Source: Rickettsiales bacterium (GTDB taxonomy: Bacteria > Pseudomonadota > Alphaproteobacteria > Rickettsiales > UBA1997). Taken from it: a stretch of DNA of 64,000 nt. The stretch spans positions 9,485 to 73,484 of the forward strand of contig JBDOIV010000005.1 of the NCBI GenBank assembly GCA_047404215.1, read 5' to 3'. Below the pieces are notes generated by a model. That model saw nothing but the letters and a program-made list of their open reading frames with translations, did not search any database and had not been told where the DNA came from. The first letter of the stretch is position 1. Every line of letters starts with the position of its first letter. The position numbers and the translations under genes are program-made. Positions 1 to 10,917 of this stretch are shown piece by piece.

Positions 1-1091
1 TAGATAAATATGAAGATTTAATGAATTTAATGTTGCCAACCTTGGGCGCCGAAAGGCAAAAAACTTATAGCCCATTCATGCCAATTGATCCTGATTCTGG
101 AATTGTAATTGATAAAGGTGTGAAGGGGATTGATAAGGAAGCAGGCGAGGTTACTTATGAAGATTTAAATGGCACTCAGAAGAGAGCGAGGGTAACTGGA
201 GGTAATTGTAAGTTGCAGTGGAAGATTGATTTTGGTGCTAGATGGCGTAGCTTGCAAGTTGATTATGAGGTTTACGGCAAGGATCATCAGCCGAATGAAA
301 AGGTTTATCGCAAAGTGTGTTCAATTTTAGGAGGCATTCCTCCTGTAAATTACACTTATGAGATGTTTTTATCTGATAGTGGTGAAAAAATTTCTAAATC
401 TAAGGGTAATGGTATTGCGGTTGAAGATTGGTTGAAATATGCCCCGGCTCAGTCTATGTCCTTGTTTATGTTTCAAAAGCCAAAAACTGCAAAAAGATTA
501 TACTTTGATGTAATTCCAAAGGCGATGGATGAATATTTGACTTTTGTTAACTCTTATCACAAAGACTCTGACGAAGCTAAAAGAATTGAAAATCCAGCTT
601 ACTATATTCATAATGGTGAAGTGCCTGAGGTGAATTTTAATATTAGCTATTCCTTACTATTGAATTTAGCTTGCGCATGCAATCCTGAAAATGATGATGT
701 GTTATGGGGATTTATCAAGAAGTACCAACCAGGCATTGATCGTGGATCATCAGAGTTATTGCAAAAAATGATAAATTGTGCGATTAACTATTATAATGAT
801 TTTATTAAGGCAACTAAAAGCTATCGATCAGCTACTATAGAGGAGGAGAATGCTTTGCAAGAGTTGGTGCAGAAGTTTGAAATTATTGAATCTTCTGAAG
901 CTGCTGACTTGCAGTCTGTGATTTACGAAGTGGGGCGTAATAATGGCTATGAGGAGAGGATGCGCGACTGGTTTTCTTCTTTGTATCAAATCTTACTTGG
1001 TCAAGAAAAAGGGCCGAGAATGGGCTCTTTTGTAGCTTTATATGGAGTTGAAAACTTCATTGAACTAATTAAAAATAAAATCAATGGCTAA
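1..1091 (+). CDS. lysK: Lysyl-tRNA synthetase, class I (C-terminal part; 5' end lies outside the window)
   Basis: The frame is open from the window edge. It has a KMSKS-type motif (KISKSKGNG) and a class I LysRS-like anticodon-binding C-terminus. Stop is TAA. Confidence 0.85.
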   Translation, partial: DKYEDLMNLMLPTLGAERQKTYSPFMPIDPDSGIVIDKGVKGIDKEAGEVTYEDLNGTQKRARVTGGNCKLQWKIDFGARWRSLQVDYEVYGKDHQPNEKVYRKVCSILGGIPPVNYTYEMFLSDSGEKISKSKGNGIAVEDWLKYAPAQSMSLFMFQKPKTAKRLYFDVIPKAMDEYLTFVNSYHKDSDEAKRIENPAYYIHNGEVPEVNFNISYSLLLNLACACNPENDDVLWGFIKKYQPGIDRGSSELLQKMINCAINYYNDFIKATKSYRSATIEEENALQELVQKFEIIESSEAADLQSVIYEVGRNNGYEERMRDWFSSLYQILLGQEKGPRMGSFVALYGVENFIELIKNKING

Positions 1092-1794
1092 TTTTGTAAA
1101 TAATATTGCTGTTTTTGAAGATATCAATATCAAGCCCAAGGCGATAGTTTTCGATTGGGATAATACTCTGGCTGATACCTGGCCCTTAATTCACGAAGCT
1201 ATTAATGAGGTAATGTCTAGTTATGATAAGCCATTATGGAGTCTGCAAGAGGTTAAAGATAAGATTCATAAATCAATGCGAGAATCATTCCCGGAGATAT
1301 TTGGTAATAAGTGGCAGGAGGCGGGAAAAATTTATGTTGATAGCTATGCTAGAAATCACTTAAGTAAGTTAAGTTTATTGCCAGGCTCGTTGCATCTGCT
1401 GGAATATTTAAATGATAATGATATTAGAGTTTTCTTAGTCAGTAATAAAATCGGCACTACCTTAAGAAAAGAAGTTGCGAGCTTGAATCTGGGTCGTTTA
1501 TTTTTTTCGGTAATTGGCGCTGGTGATGCTGATAAAGATAAGCCTAGCGTTGACCCCGTGCAATTAGCCTTAAAAGGCAGTGATGTTGATTTTGTAGAAG
1601 ATGAGATTTGGTTTATAGGAGATACTATTGCTGATATTAAATGTGGGCAAAATTGTAGCTTTAGACCAATAATTTACAGCCATGATAAAGGTGAGATATC
1701 TAAAACCATTTCAAGCAGCGTCGACTTTAATGATAAGGTTGCTCTTTATCATGATCACAAAGATTTGATAGCTTTGTTAGCAAGGTTAAAATAG
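1084..1794 (+). CDS. HAD-superfamily hydrolase (phosphoglycolate phosphatase-like)
   Basis: HAD motif I is VFDWDNTLADT, with VSNK and GDTIADI motifs. It overlaps the lysK stop by 8 nt. Confidence 0.75.
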   Translation: MANFVNNIAVFEDINIKPKAIVFDWDNTLADTWPLIHEAINEVMSSYDKPLWSLQEVKDKIHKSMRESFPEIFGNKWQEAGKIYVDSYARNHLSKLSLLPGSLHLLEYLNDNDIRVFLVSNKIGTTLRKEVASLNLGRLFFSVIGAGDADKDKPSVDPVQLALKGSDVDFVEDEIWFIGDTIADIKCGQNCSFRPIIYSHDKGEISKTISSSVDFNDKVALYHDHKDLIALLARLK

Positions 1795-1798
1795 TAGA

Positions 1799-4645
1799 TT
1801 ATAACTTCTTCTTATCAATCCACTTTCTAATTTTACTTTCGACATATTCGCGCTTGATAGGTTTGCCGATAAAGTCATCCATGCCAATATCTAAACATTT
1901 TTTCTTGTCGTCTTCTGTAGAGTTGGCTGTTAGCGCAATAATAGGAGTGTGATCCATGTTATTATCTCTTTCAACTTGTCTAATTTTTTCGGTTGCCTGG
2001 TAGCCATCAATAACCGGCATCATGCAATCCATTAGTATGACGTCATATTTTACATGAAGAAATTTGTTGATAGCCTCCTGGCCATTCTCGGCATAATCAA
2101 TTTCAATATTAAGTCTTTTTAGAATCATTGCTGCTACTCTCATATTTATTTCATTATCTTCGCATAACAATACTTTGATATCATCTTTTATTTCATCGCC
2201 ATTACGGTCTTTAATTTGTGAGCTAGTTTTTATTCCATAATCTTTTTCAATCTTAAATGTATCAAATAAAACGGCTGTGATTCTAGAGGTTTTTGCCGGC
2301 TTAACCATCGTTTTTGCAAATAAAGACAGACTCTTTTTATCAATATTAATTTTTTCTTTTGGTGATAGCATTAAAATCAAAGGAACATTCTCAAGGTGAG
2401 GGATATCCTTTAGTTTTTTGGCAATATATACGCCATCAATGCCGTTATTTTCGTTGTGATTAATGAAGATAACATCTGGATTCTTGAAGTAGCTTGCTTC
2501 AGTGATTAACTTCTTAATTGTCTCTTGTTGAGTCATAGTAATCGTTGAAATTTCTGTTGACTGAAACTCCATTCTTAATTTTTCACACCTTCTTTGAAAG
2601 GCTTCTTTGAAAGTTTTGCTTTTTTCAATTAAGGCAATCTTTTTTCCTACTAATTGAGACTTGTAATCGTTATTAGGATCTTGATCGTAATTAGTAACCG
2701 AGGTTGGATTTAATGGAACAGTAAACCAAAAGTTAGAACCTTCCGAGAAGTTACTTTTAAATCCTATTTTGCCGCTCATTAAACTGACTAATTCTTTGCA
2801 TATTGATAGACCTAGGCCGGTTCCTCCATATTTTCTGGTGGTCGACATGTCAGCCTGAGTGAATCTAGAAAACATTCTTTCAGATTTGGAGTTGTCAACA
2901 CCAATACCGCTATCAATTATATTGAACTTGATAAAATGTTTTTCACTTTCTATTTTTTCTAGTTGGACATGGATTAATATTTGACCGTGAAAAGTGAACT
3001 TAATAGCATTGTTAACAAGGTTTGCAATAATTTGTCTAATTCTTGCAGGGTCACCATTGAGATAATTTTTAACGTCACTATCAACCATGGTTACAACCTC
3101 CAGTCCTTTGTCATTTGCAGATTGGTACATGAGGTCAGCTATATCATCTACCATGTTATTTATTTGAAAATCTATTTTTTCTAAATCAATTTTTCGTGCT
3201 TCAATTTTTGAGAAACTCAAAATGTCATTTAAAATAAATAGCAAACTATCGGCGCAGCGATATATTGTATTTGCTTGATCAAGCTCATCTCGTTTGATGT
3301 TTTTAGATTCTCGCAAAACTTGACTCATCCCCAATATGCCATTCATTGGCGTCCTGAGCTCATGACTCATGTTTGATAAAAATTGACTTTTAACGATATT
3401 CGCTTTTTCTGCTTCAGTTTTTGCTCGAAGAAGTTCTTTAAGAAAAGGCCCAATCTTTAGTTTTCTAAAAAAATAGAAGATAATTAAGAATAAGATAGTA
3501 ACCCCAAATGATTGAATTATGATGGTAAATAATTGATATTTAAAATTTTCAATCATTTGCTTAGTATTATAACCAGATAAGGTAGTGATTTCATACGATG
3601 ACTTTTGGTAGAATAGGAAATTACATTTTCCTATTCTCAATGATGTCGGTAGGGTTCTGTTGATATTTTCACTAGGGATCCTTTCAATTATTGGCTTTAT
3701 TTGTTTATTTGAATCGAGAATAATTTTGTCATATATGGCATTATCAGACTTGGCTATTAATCCGTAATTTTTATCAATAACAAGGTAGCACAATTCTTCA
3801 TCGTCTTGCGTTGTTTCATAGATTTTTCTTTGAATTTTATCGATTGGGACTTTTGATATTATAGTACCAACGGGGCTAAAACTATAATCAGTATCGATCG
3901 ACATTGCAACTGGTAGGAATTTATATCTTGTAATATTATCTTCGTAATATTGTATTTCTCCTATCTTAAATACCCAGGGATTTTTTCTGGCCGCTTCCAC
4001 GGGGTAGAATTTGGGAAAGGTTTTGCGGTTATTGCTACTTTTTCTTTGAGCGGAGAATGTAATATTACCTGCATTATCCACAAATTCAGTAGCGAGCCAT
4101 GAGGAGATGCTGGTTTGAAAGATGTCTCTATTGGGAGTTTTTTTTAGAATCTTTTTCATCGACTGATTACTGTTATTTGCTTTAAATACCAGTATCTTGT
4201 CTCCTAGATAGTTTAAATAATTATTTACATTATCCATTAGATTTGAAGATACTAGACTTATCAAATTAGTCTGATTCTCAATATTGATTTTTACATTCTT
4301 AAGATGGTTGTAATATATTATGTAGGAGTTGGTCATGGTCCATATCATGGTCAAAATCAATATCATATATCCCAAGACGCTATATGATGTATCTAAGTCT
4401 AGAGCCTTCTTTTTTTCATTCTTTAAGAACTTTATTCTTCTTTTATATCTTTTGGTGATCTTGGGTAGCTTAGACTTGTATTCGATACTCACCTTATCTT
4501 CAGGTAGTGAAGAGCTCTTGTTGTCTATCCGATTTATAAAATATTTACTTATGGAAAGTAAAATGGGGGTGGTAAAGAATATTTTATGAAAAGATAAGTT
4601 GGTGTCGATCTTTTTCTTTGCTTTGCTGTTTAAAATAAAACCCAT
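1799..4645 (-). CDS. Hybrid sensor histidine kinase / response regulator with a large N-terminal sensor region
   Basis: H-box is [17 protein letters not shown] and the HATPase G-box is [14 protein letters not shown]. The C-terminal receiver is [13 protein letters not shown]...[13 protein letters not shown]. Confidence 0.9.
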   Translation of the reverse strand: MGFILNSKAKKKIDTNLSFHKIFFTTPILLSISKYFINRIDNKSSSLPEDKVSIEYKSKLPKITKRYKRRIKFLKNEKKKALDLDTSYSVLGYMILILTMIWTMTNSYIIYYNHLKNVKINIENQTNLISLVSSNLMDNVNNYLNYLGDKILVFKANNSNQSMKKILKKTPNRDIFQTSISSWLATEFVDNAGNITFSAQRKSSNNRKTFPKFYPVEAARKNPWVFKIGEIQYYEDNITRYKFLPVAMSIDTDYSFSPVGTIISKVPIDKIQRKIYETTQDDEELCYLVIDKNYGLIAKSDNAIYDKIILDSNKQIKPIIERIPSENINRTLPTSLRIGKCNFLFYQKSSYEITTLSGYNTKQMIENFKYQLFTIIIQSFGVTILFLIIFYFFRKLKIGPFLKELLRAKTEAEKANIVKSQFLSNMSHELRTPMNGILGMSQVLRESKNIKRDELDQANTIYRCADSLLFILNDILSFSKIEARKIDLEKIDFQINNMVDDIADLMYQSANDKGLEVVTMVDSDVKNYLNGDPARIRQIIANLVNNAIKFTFHGQILIHVQLEKIESEKHFIKFNIIDSGIGVDNSKSERMFSRFTQADMSTTRKYGGTGLGLSICKELVSLMSGKIGFKSNFSEGSNFWFTVPLNPTSVTNYDQDPNNDYKSQLVGKKIALIEKSKTFKEAFQRRCEKLRMEFQSTEISTITMTQQETIKKLITEASYFKNPDVIFINHNENNGIDGVYIAKKLKDIPHLENVPLILMLSPKEKINIDKKSLSLFAKTMVKPAKTSRITAVLFDTFKIEKDYGIKTSSQIKDRNGDEIKDDIKVLLCEDNEINMRVAAMILKRLNIEIDYAENGQEAINKFLHVKYDVILMDCMMPVIDGYQATEKIRQVERDNNMDHTPIIALTANSTEDDKKKCLDIGMDDFIGKPIKREYVESKIRKWIDKKKL

Positions 4646-4933
4646 AAAAAATAAAACCGATGAAAATTTTTATTGAACAAAAAGTATCTTTTTATTAAAT
4701 AAATTATATATATTCGTTTAAAAAAAAGATAGTTTTATTTTGTTTTATTTAAGCTACTTGTATTGATTTAAAAGTGGTTGAATTTTAAATTTTAAGATCT
4801 ATACTGTTAGTACACAAGTATAGGAAATTTATAATCAAAATTTTCTGCTTGTTGCACTACCTTGCTTTGCCCGTGTTATCTATTTTGCTTTAGCTTTTTT
4901 ATATTGTTATTTTAACTTTTAATTATTTACCAC

Positions 4934-5569
4934 ATGATTAGAGAGGATTCAAGAAAGAAAGATGATTCTGATTCAGGAATAAAAGCGTATTCAAAATCAG
5001 CTACTGGAAGTAAAAATTTGTTGATTGAAATTGCAAGTTCTGAAGATTACATTTCTCAATATTATAAAATTAGGAATGATATTTTTAGGAATGAATGGGG
5101 CTTGAATCATGAAAAATGGTTCAATGAGAGCCATGAGGATGGCTCTAAAGTTGTAGTATGTACCTGTGAAGGTAGGGTTGTTGGCGGCTTTAGATTTCTA
5201 GTTTCTAAGAATGGAGAGTTGCTTTCTGAAGAGTACGATGGAACCGAGTATGTTTATGCTAATTTAGCGCAAAAGGCAAGCGTAGCCATTGGTGGCGATG
5301 GTTATGCTGAATTTGTTGATTTAGCTTTAGTGAAAGAGTTTAGGTCTACTGAGGCAGTAAAGAAAATGATATCTTTATGTTCGGATGAGGCTAGATCGAT
5401 GGGATGTTCGTTTGTTTTTACTGTTGCATCAATGACTCACTGTAACCTTTACAGGAAGTATATGAAAGCTTTGGGTTGCAAAGATGTTATAATTTTTAAT
5501 GACACTACCTGGGTGAAGAAGCCGGAGTACGGCAATTCTGATGATCACCCCATGATGGCTATATTATAG
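4934..5569 (+). CDS. GNAT-superfamily N-acyltransferase (autoinducer-synthase / N-acyl amino acid synthase / OlsB-like pattern)
   Basis: The pattern YYKIRNDIFRNEWG...D...VVGGFRFLV...EFVDLALVKEFR is typical of this acyltransferase clan. The family assignment is tentative. Confidence 0.45.
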   Translation: MIREDSRKKDDSDSGIKAYSKSATGSKNLLIEIASSEDYISQYYKIRNDIFRNEWGLNHEKWFNESHEDGSKVVVCTCEGRVVGGFRFLVSKNGELLSEEYDGTEYVYANLAQKASVAIGGDGYAEFVDLALVKEFRSTEAVKKMISLCSDEARSMGCSFVFTVASMTHCNLYRKYMKALGCKDVIIFNDTTWVKKPEYGNSDDHPMMAIL

Positions 5570-5592
5570 TTTTAATTTAATTAAATAGATTT

Positions 5593-7659
5593 ATGAAAAC
5601 TTTATTTATATTTTTATCAATTTTATTCCTGCAATTTTCGATCTATGAAGAGGCTAAGGCGTCAACAAAAAATGTTGATACAAGTTTCTTCGATCCAGAA
5701 CTATTTTCTTTGGCAAAAAAGACTCAGAGTGCTTTTGACAGTGCTTCTTCGGTTTATGTTTTATCTTCAGAAGATATTAGAAGGTCAGGAGTTACATCAA
5801 TTCCTGAGGCCTTGAGAATGGTGCCAGGGGTTCAGGTTGCAAGAATGCATGGTAATGCTTGGGCAATAAGCTCTAGAGGCTTGAATCATCAATATGCAAG
5901 TAAATTGTTGGTATTAATTGACGGCTTAACAATTTACACGCCAATTTTCTCTGGGGCTTTCTGGGATAATCATGATTATGTTATTGATGATATTGATAGG
6001 ATAGAAGTTATTAGAGGTCCAGGTGGTAGCATCTGGGGTGCTAACGCAGTGAATGGTATCATAAATATAATTACTAAAAACTCAGCCCAAACCCAAGGAA
6101 CTTATTTTTCGCAAATATTGGGTAATGATGATAATTCAATTACTGAAATAAGATATGGTGGCAAGACTGAAGATTTAAATACTTTTAGAGTTTACGCTAA
6201 AAGAGCCCTTAGAGGACCTCTTGACAGGTTAAATGATGGATCAAGAAATGTCGATGCTACTTTCAATAACTCCTCGGGCAGTAATTTTGATGGCATCTCT
6301 TCTTCTAGGGGTGGTTTTAGATATGACATTACTTCCGTTAAGGATAATACCATGAAGATTGCGGGTGATTTCTTTAAGACTGAGTCTCGGAATCACTTTC
6401 AGAACCTTAATGCTGTTGATGGCGCCACTCACAAGGTTAATGAAGGTGGTAACATCTTGGTAAATTGGGATAAAACGATCTCTAAAAAATCAAGAACCAC
6501 ATTGCAAAGTTATGTTTATTTAGATAGAAATAATTTTACCGTCGGTATTCATAAGCAAATGACGCTGGATGTTGATTTCCAGCATTTCTATGATTTTTCT
6601 GATAGAAATAGGTTCTCCTGGGGGTTGGGTTACAAAAATTTAATTGATAAAATACAAAGTAAATCTGCCATTGATGATCAGGGGAGGGAGTTTATTCCTC
6701 TAAACTACAACCCTACGCAACGAAATATTGAAGTTTTGAGTGCCTTCATTCAAGATGAATATTCAATAATTCCTAACGACTTATTCCTTACTATTGGTTC
6801 GAAATTTGAGCACAATGAACAGACCGGTTTTGAATATCAACCTAGCGTGAGATTAAAATACTTCCCTGATCGTAACCAAACATTATGGGCTGGGGTTTCT
6901 AGAGCTATCAGAGTGCCCACTAGAGGTGAAGATAATATAGAAATTAGGGCTAATGCCGATACAGTTGTCACCAGGGGTAATACTGAAGCTGAATCTGAGA
7001 GTGTAGTTTCTTATGAGTTTGGTTACAGAATAAAGCCAAACAATAAAACTTTAGCTGATATTTCGGTTTTCTTCAATGAGTATGATAGTTTAGGAAATTT
7101 TGATGCCGATATGACTAATGCTACTAATCTTGTTGCTGGTGGACCTTCTGGAACTCCTACTGCTTCAAATACTGGTAGAGCAAAGTCATATGGCCTAGAG
7201 TTTACTGGAAAATGGCAAGCTACTAATTCCTTAAGGTTTGAAGTCGGCTATGACTTTTTGAAGGTGGATATAGACTTAGACGCCTCTTCTAATGAAAGTG
7301 ACGATGTAGCTTCGGCACTCAATGCTGACCGACTGATATTTTTTGAGAACATGTCGCCACAAAACCAATTTAGATTTAGATCTTTTTACAATATAACCCC
7401 AAAAATTGAGTTCGACAATATATTATACTATGTCGATCAGTTAAAAGGCAGAAGTGCTTCAGGTATAGTGGAAAATGATATTCCGTCATATGTAAGATGG
7501 GATACTAGGCTGGGATATCTAGCTTCAACTAACTTTAATTTAAGCGTTGGGGTGCAAAATATTTTAGATGACAAGCATACTGAATTCACTCCGGGTCTAT
7601 TTAATAATAGGGTTGAGGTCGGTAGGACTTTCTATGGTAAATTAGCGTTGCATTTTTAA
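5593..7659 (+). CDS. TonB-dependent outer-membrane receptor
   Basis: It has a signal peptide and a plug domain (SVYVLSSEDIRRSGVTSIPEALRMVPGVQV, IEVIRGPGGSIWGANAVNGIINI). A long beta-barrel ends in a terminal Phe. Confidence 0.85.
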   Translation: MKTLFIFLSILFLQFSIYEEAKASTKNVDTSFFDPELFSLAKKTQSAFDSASSVYVLSSEDIRRSGVTSIPEALRMVPGVQVARMHGNAWAISSRGLNHQYASKLLVLIDGLTIYTPIFSGAFWDNHDYVIDDIDRIEVIRGPGGSIWGANAVNGIINIITKNSAQTQGTYFSQILGNDDNSITEIRYGGKTEDLNTFRVYAKRALRGPLDRLNDGSRNVDATFNNSSGSNFDGISSSRGGFRYDITSVKDNTMKIAGDFFKTESRNHFQNLNAVDGATHKVNEGGNILVNWDKTISKKSRTTLQSYVYLDRNNFTVGIHKQMTLDVDFQHFYDFSDRNRFSWGLGYKNLIDKIQSKSAIDDQGREFIPLNYNPTQRNIEVLSAFIQDEYSIIPNDLFLTIGSKFEHNEQTGFEYQPSVRLKYFPDRNQTLWAGVSRAIRVPTRGEDNIEIRANADTVVTRGNTEAESESVVSYEFGYRIKPNNKTLADISVFFNEYDSLGNFDADMTNATNLVAGGPSGTPTASNTGRAKSYGLEFTGKWQATNSLRFEVGYDFLKVDIDLDASSNESDDVASALNADRLIFFENMSPQNQFRFRSFYNITPKIEFDNILYYVDQLKGRSASGIVENDIPSYVRWDTRLGYLASTNFNLSVGVQNILDDKHTEFTPGLFNNRVEVGRTFYGKLALHF

Positions 7660-7675
7660 TCTTCAAACATAATTT

Positions 7676-8206
7676 GTGAAAATAAAATCGCTATACAACA
7701 CATTACGTCGTTTTTTACTTGTATCGTTAGTAACATGCTGCGCTGTTTTTGGTTATAGTAAGACTAGCGTCCATGCAACTGAAGCCGATAAAGCTAGAGC
7801 TTTTGCTGGATTTATTAAGCATATCTACCTTAATACCAAGACGACAAAGAACGGTAATAATTTTTGCATTTTTGGTTCCGATGAAGTGTCGGTACAAATT
7901 AGCTCTATTATCCCAAGGGGCAGTATTAATGACGTGGGTGATGAAATAGATATTGAAAGAAATTATAATGAATGTAGGGTAATTTATATATCTAAAAACA
8001 AAGAAAAGGACGCTAAATATTCTACTAAATTCTTCAATAACAAAGGCGCCTTAACTATAGCCACTTTCGCAGGATTTACTGTTGATGGCGGCATGATGAG
8101 TGTCGAAGTTGGTAGAAGAAACTTTGAGTTAACAGTAAATGAATTGGCTATGAAGGAGTTTGGAGTTAAGATTGATTCCTCCATCGTATCTCTGATCGTT
8201 AATTAA
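7676..8206 (+). CDS. YfiR/DUF4154-family periplasmic protein (GTG start)
   Basis: It has a signal peptide. The pattern CRVIYIS...GALTIATFAGFTVDGGMMSVEV...FELTVNELAMKEFGVKIDSSIVSL matches DUF4154, and it sits beside a TBDR as this family usually does. Confidence 0.6.
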   Translation: MKIKSLYNTLRRFLLVSLVTCCAVFGYSKTSVHATEADKARAFAGFIKHIYLNTKTTKNGNNFCIFGSDEVSVQISSIIPRGSINDVGDEIDIERNYNECRVIYISKNKEKDAKYSTKFFNNKGALTIATFAGFTVDGGMMSVEVGRRNFELTVNELAMKEFGVKIDSSIVSLIVN

Positions 8207-8221
8207 TTAATTAATCAAATT

Positions 8222-8575
8222 ATGAGTAATGAAAAAAAAGCACCAATTGATGTTGAATTTCTGCGAGGAGTGATCGACAATGATGTAGAATTTGAAAGAG
8301 AGTTGTTTGAAATATTTCTTGATAATGCGGATCAAAATATAGCTAAAATGCAAAACGCAATTAAAGATGAAGATACTAACTCTTGGTACATGTCTTCTCA
8401 TGCTTTTAAAGGAGCTTCTGCCTCAATAGGAGCGTTTGAGTTATCAAAAATATTAGAGTTAGCTCAAAAAGCTATGGAAGATGATAATGACAACAAGAAC
8501 TCAATATTGTCTCAAATCAAAGAGGAGTATGGAGAGGTTAAGAGTTTTATTAAAAACGAAATGGATGGCAATTAA
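8222..8575 (+). CDS. Histidine phosphotransfer (Hpt) domain protein
   Basis: It has the Hpt signature SSHAFKGASASIGA and is a 117-aa all-helical type. Confidence 0.75.
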   Translation: MSNEKKAPIDVEFLRGVIDNDVEFERELFEIFLDNADQNIAKMQNAIKDEDTNSWYMSSHAFKGASASIGAFELSKILELAQKAMEDDNDNKNSILSQIKEEYGEVKSFIKNEMDGN

Positions 8576-8663
8576 TTATCATTGATATAATAAAGAATGG
8601 TTGTAGAATTGTTTTGTGACAACATTTATTTGATGTTAACATAAATGATAATATCTTTATTAT

Positions 8664-10301
8664 ATGCGAATTCATATTTCCCAAAATAATTTTAAAATAG
8701 GCGATCTCGATTATAACTTTGAGATTATAAAAAGCGAATATAAGGATTCTTGCAATAAAGACTCTAATTTAATCGTTTTTTCCGAGTTGGCAGTAACAGG
8801 TTACCCACCGCAAGATTTACTGAGAAAAGAATATTTTATCAAATCAGCTGAGGAGGTGTTGGAAAAGATAGTTGCCTTAACTAATTGTGAAGATTGTGCT
8901 ATTTTAATTGGATCGCCGATATCAAGAAATGGAAAATTATATAATGCAGCTTTATTAATAAAGAACGGCAGAATTATTAAAGAGTTTTACAAAAAAGAAC
9001 TGCCAAATTATGAGCTATTTGATGAGAGGCGTTACTTTGAGCGTGGAAAGATTGCTGACTGTTTTGTACTAGACGGGTTAAAGATCTCAGTCTTGATTTG
9101 CGAAGATGTCTGGGCGAATAATAATATTGAAGATATTAAGGCTCATCGTAGTGATTTGTTGATCGTTATTAATGCCTCACCATTTTCTACCGATAAAATG
9201 GCAAAGAGGTTAGAGGTTTGCGCCAGTGGTTGTCGCAAATTAAATTCTAATTTAATTTATGTTAATCAAGTAGGTGGTGTTGATAGCATGGTATTTGACG
9301 GCAAGTCATTTGCAATGAATAGAAAGGGTGAATTATTGGAATTATTATCAGCATTTGCACAGGATTCTAAGGCGATATATTTTGACAATAACAATGAAAT
9401 ATTATCAAATAAACAAGTTGTGAGAAGTGACGAGATGATGGATATATACAACGCTTTAATTTTAGCGGCTAGAGACTATGTTGCTAAAACCGGTTTTGCA
9501 AAAGTTGTTGTAGGCATGTCTGGAGGTATCGATTCAGCTTTAGTTGCAAATATCTTAGTTGATGCATTATCTAGTGAAAATGTTAGATTGATTGCCTTGC
9601 CAACTAGATTTAATGCAAAAACTAGTTTCGATGACGCTAATTTATGTGCTAAAAACCTTGCAGTCGATTTACAAACGATAGCTATTGAAGATATTTTTAA
9701 TACTACTCTTGATGTCTTGAATCCGCATTTTCAAGGTAAATCGATTGACGTTACTGAGCAAAATATGCAATCCAGAATCAGGGGTATGGTTTTAATGGCG
9801 ATCTCTAATAAATTTAACGAGCTTTTGATCACTACGGGCAATAAATCAGAAATGGCTACTGGATATGCAACAATATATGGTGACATGAATGGAGCATTTA
9901 ATCCAATCAAAGATGTTTATAAAAGCCAAGTTTTTGCTTTAGCAAAATGGAGAAATGAAAACGTACCAACTTTGTCGGTATTTCGTAGAAAAAATTTAAT
10001 CCCAGACTCCATTATAATAAAAGAACCTTCGGCTGAGTTAGCTTTTGAGCAAAAAGATTCTGATTCACTACCTGATTATGAAGTTCTTGATCAAATATTA
10101 TATAGGATTGTTGAAGAGGAGAAGTCGGTTGAGCAAATAATTGCACAAAGTGAATTAGAGGAGTCTGTGATCAGGAATATTGCTAAATTATTCTATCAAA
10201 ATGAGTATAAAAGAAAGCAGGCAGTAATTGGGCCTAAAATTTCAAAGATGGCATTTGACCTTGATCGCAGATATCTTATCACCAATAATTTTTGGAAATA
10301 A
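8664..10301 (+). CDS. nadE: Glutamine-dependent NAD+ synthetase (CN-hydrolase plus NAD synthase domains)
   Basis: The N-terminal nitrilase-like domain has ELAVTGYPPQD and CEDVW. The C-terminal PP-loop is GMSGGIDSAL. Confidence 0.9.
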   Translation: MRIHISQNNFKIGDLDYNFEIIKSEYKDSCNKDSNLIVFSELAVTGYPPQDLLRKEYFIKSAEEVLEKIVALTNCEDCAILIGSPISRNGKLYNAALLIKNGRIIKEFYKKELPNYELFDERRYFERGKIADCFVLDGLKISVLICEDVWANNNIEDIKAHRSDLLIVINASPFSTDKMAKRLEVCASGCRKLNSNLIYVNQVGGVDSMVFDGKSFAMNRKGELLELLSAFAQDSKAIYFDNNNEILSNKQVVRSDEMMDIYNALILAARDYVAKTGFAKVVVGMSGGIDSALVANILVDALSSENVRLIALPTRFNAKTSFDDANLCAKNLAVDLQTIAIEDIFNTTLDVLNPHFQGKSIDVTEQNMQSRIRGMVLMAISNKFNELLITTGNKSEMATGYATIYGDMNGAFNPIKDVYKSQVFALAKWRNENVPTLSVFRRKNLIPDSIIIKEPSAELAFEQKDSDSLPDYEVLDQILYRIVEEEKSVEQIIAQSELEESVIRNIAKLFYQNEYKRKQAVIGPKISKMAFDLDRRYLITNNFWK

Positions 10302-10362
10302 CCGCGTTGTTTTAAGGCTTATTATTGCATCACTAAATAGGTGTTATTTTTATAATTAATAT

Positions 10363-10775
10363 ATGTTATTCAATTCAGCTGATTTTATATTTATATTTCT
10401 ACCAATTGTGTTTTTTGTATATCAATTTTTATTAGTGCAAAAATCAAGAGCGGCGACATTGTGGCTAGTGATATCGAGTCTGTTTTTACGCTTCTAGCTA
10501 TTTGTTGGCAATATTTTTTTCAATATTAACTAATTAAACTATAGGCTGTATAATTTCTGGATTTAACTCTGGGGGGTTAAAAGTTGATAACCATTTAGCT
10601 AAATTGTTGTTAATAATTGGCATTATATTTAATATTTATTTTTTAGGTTATTTTAAGTATTACAACTTTGCTATATTGAATTTTAATAGCTTACTGGATT
10701 TGAATCTGATGGTTACTGTCTATTTGATATTTTTTTCTGACTCGCGGCAAGAGTTCTTATATTATAATTCCTAAT
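10363..10775 (+). pseudogene. Degraded MBOAT-family O-acyltransferase (AlgI/PatA/DltB-like) remnants
   Basis: Fragment 10363..10497 translates to MLFNSADFIFIFLPIVFFVYQFLL..., a typical MBOAT N-terminus, then hits TAG. A second fragment in another frame (~10538..10775) reads ...IIFNIYFLGYFKYYNF.... Only about 130 of the expected ~450+ codons remain. Confidence 0.55.
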
Positions 10776-10917
10776 TATGATGACTAAGGATAAAAGAAGT
10801 GGTAAACGCAATTCATATAAATAGCTCATTATGTACACATCTCATTGCCTAATGATGCTATGAACGGCAATATTTATTTATTATATGGTAATAAAGTATC
10901 TTTGTACCTGATGCAAG

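Noticed and set aside
2981-4589. Short + strand ORFs (2981..3184, 4329..4589) inside the histidine-kinase gene. Similar nested or antisense ORFs occur elsewhere in the track, e.g. 6241..6432, 7749..7949, 7984..8184, 8207..8401, 9266..9451, 16389..16655, 27401..27682, 31343..31765, 32771..33136, 41086..41319, 51285..51704 and 62379..62648.
   Set aside because: They lie wholly inside, or antisense to, well-supported conserved genes. They have no recognisable motifs and low-complexity or hydrophobic junk composition. They are best explained as chance ORFs.
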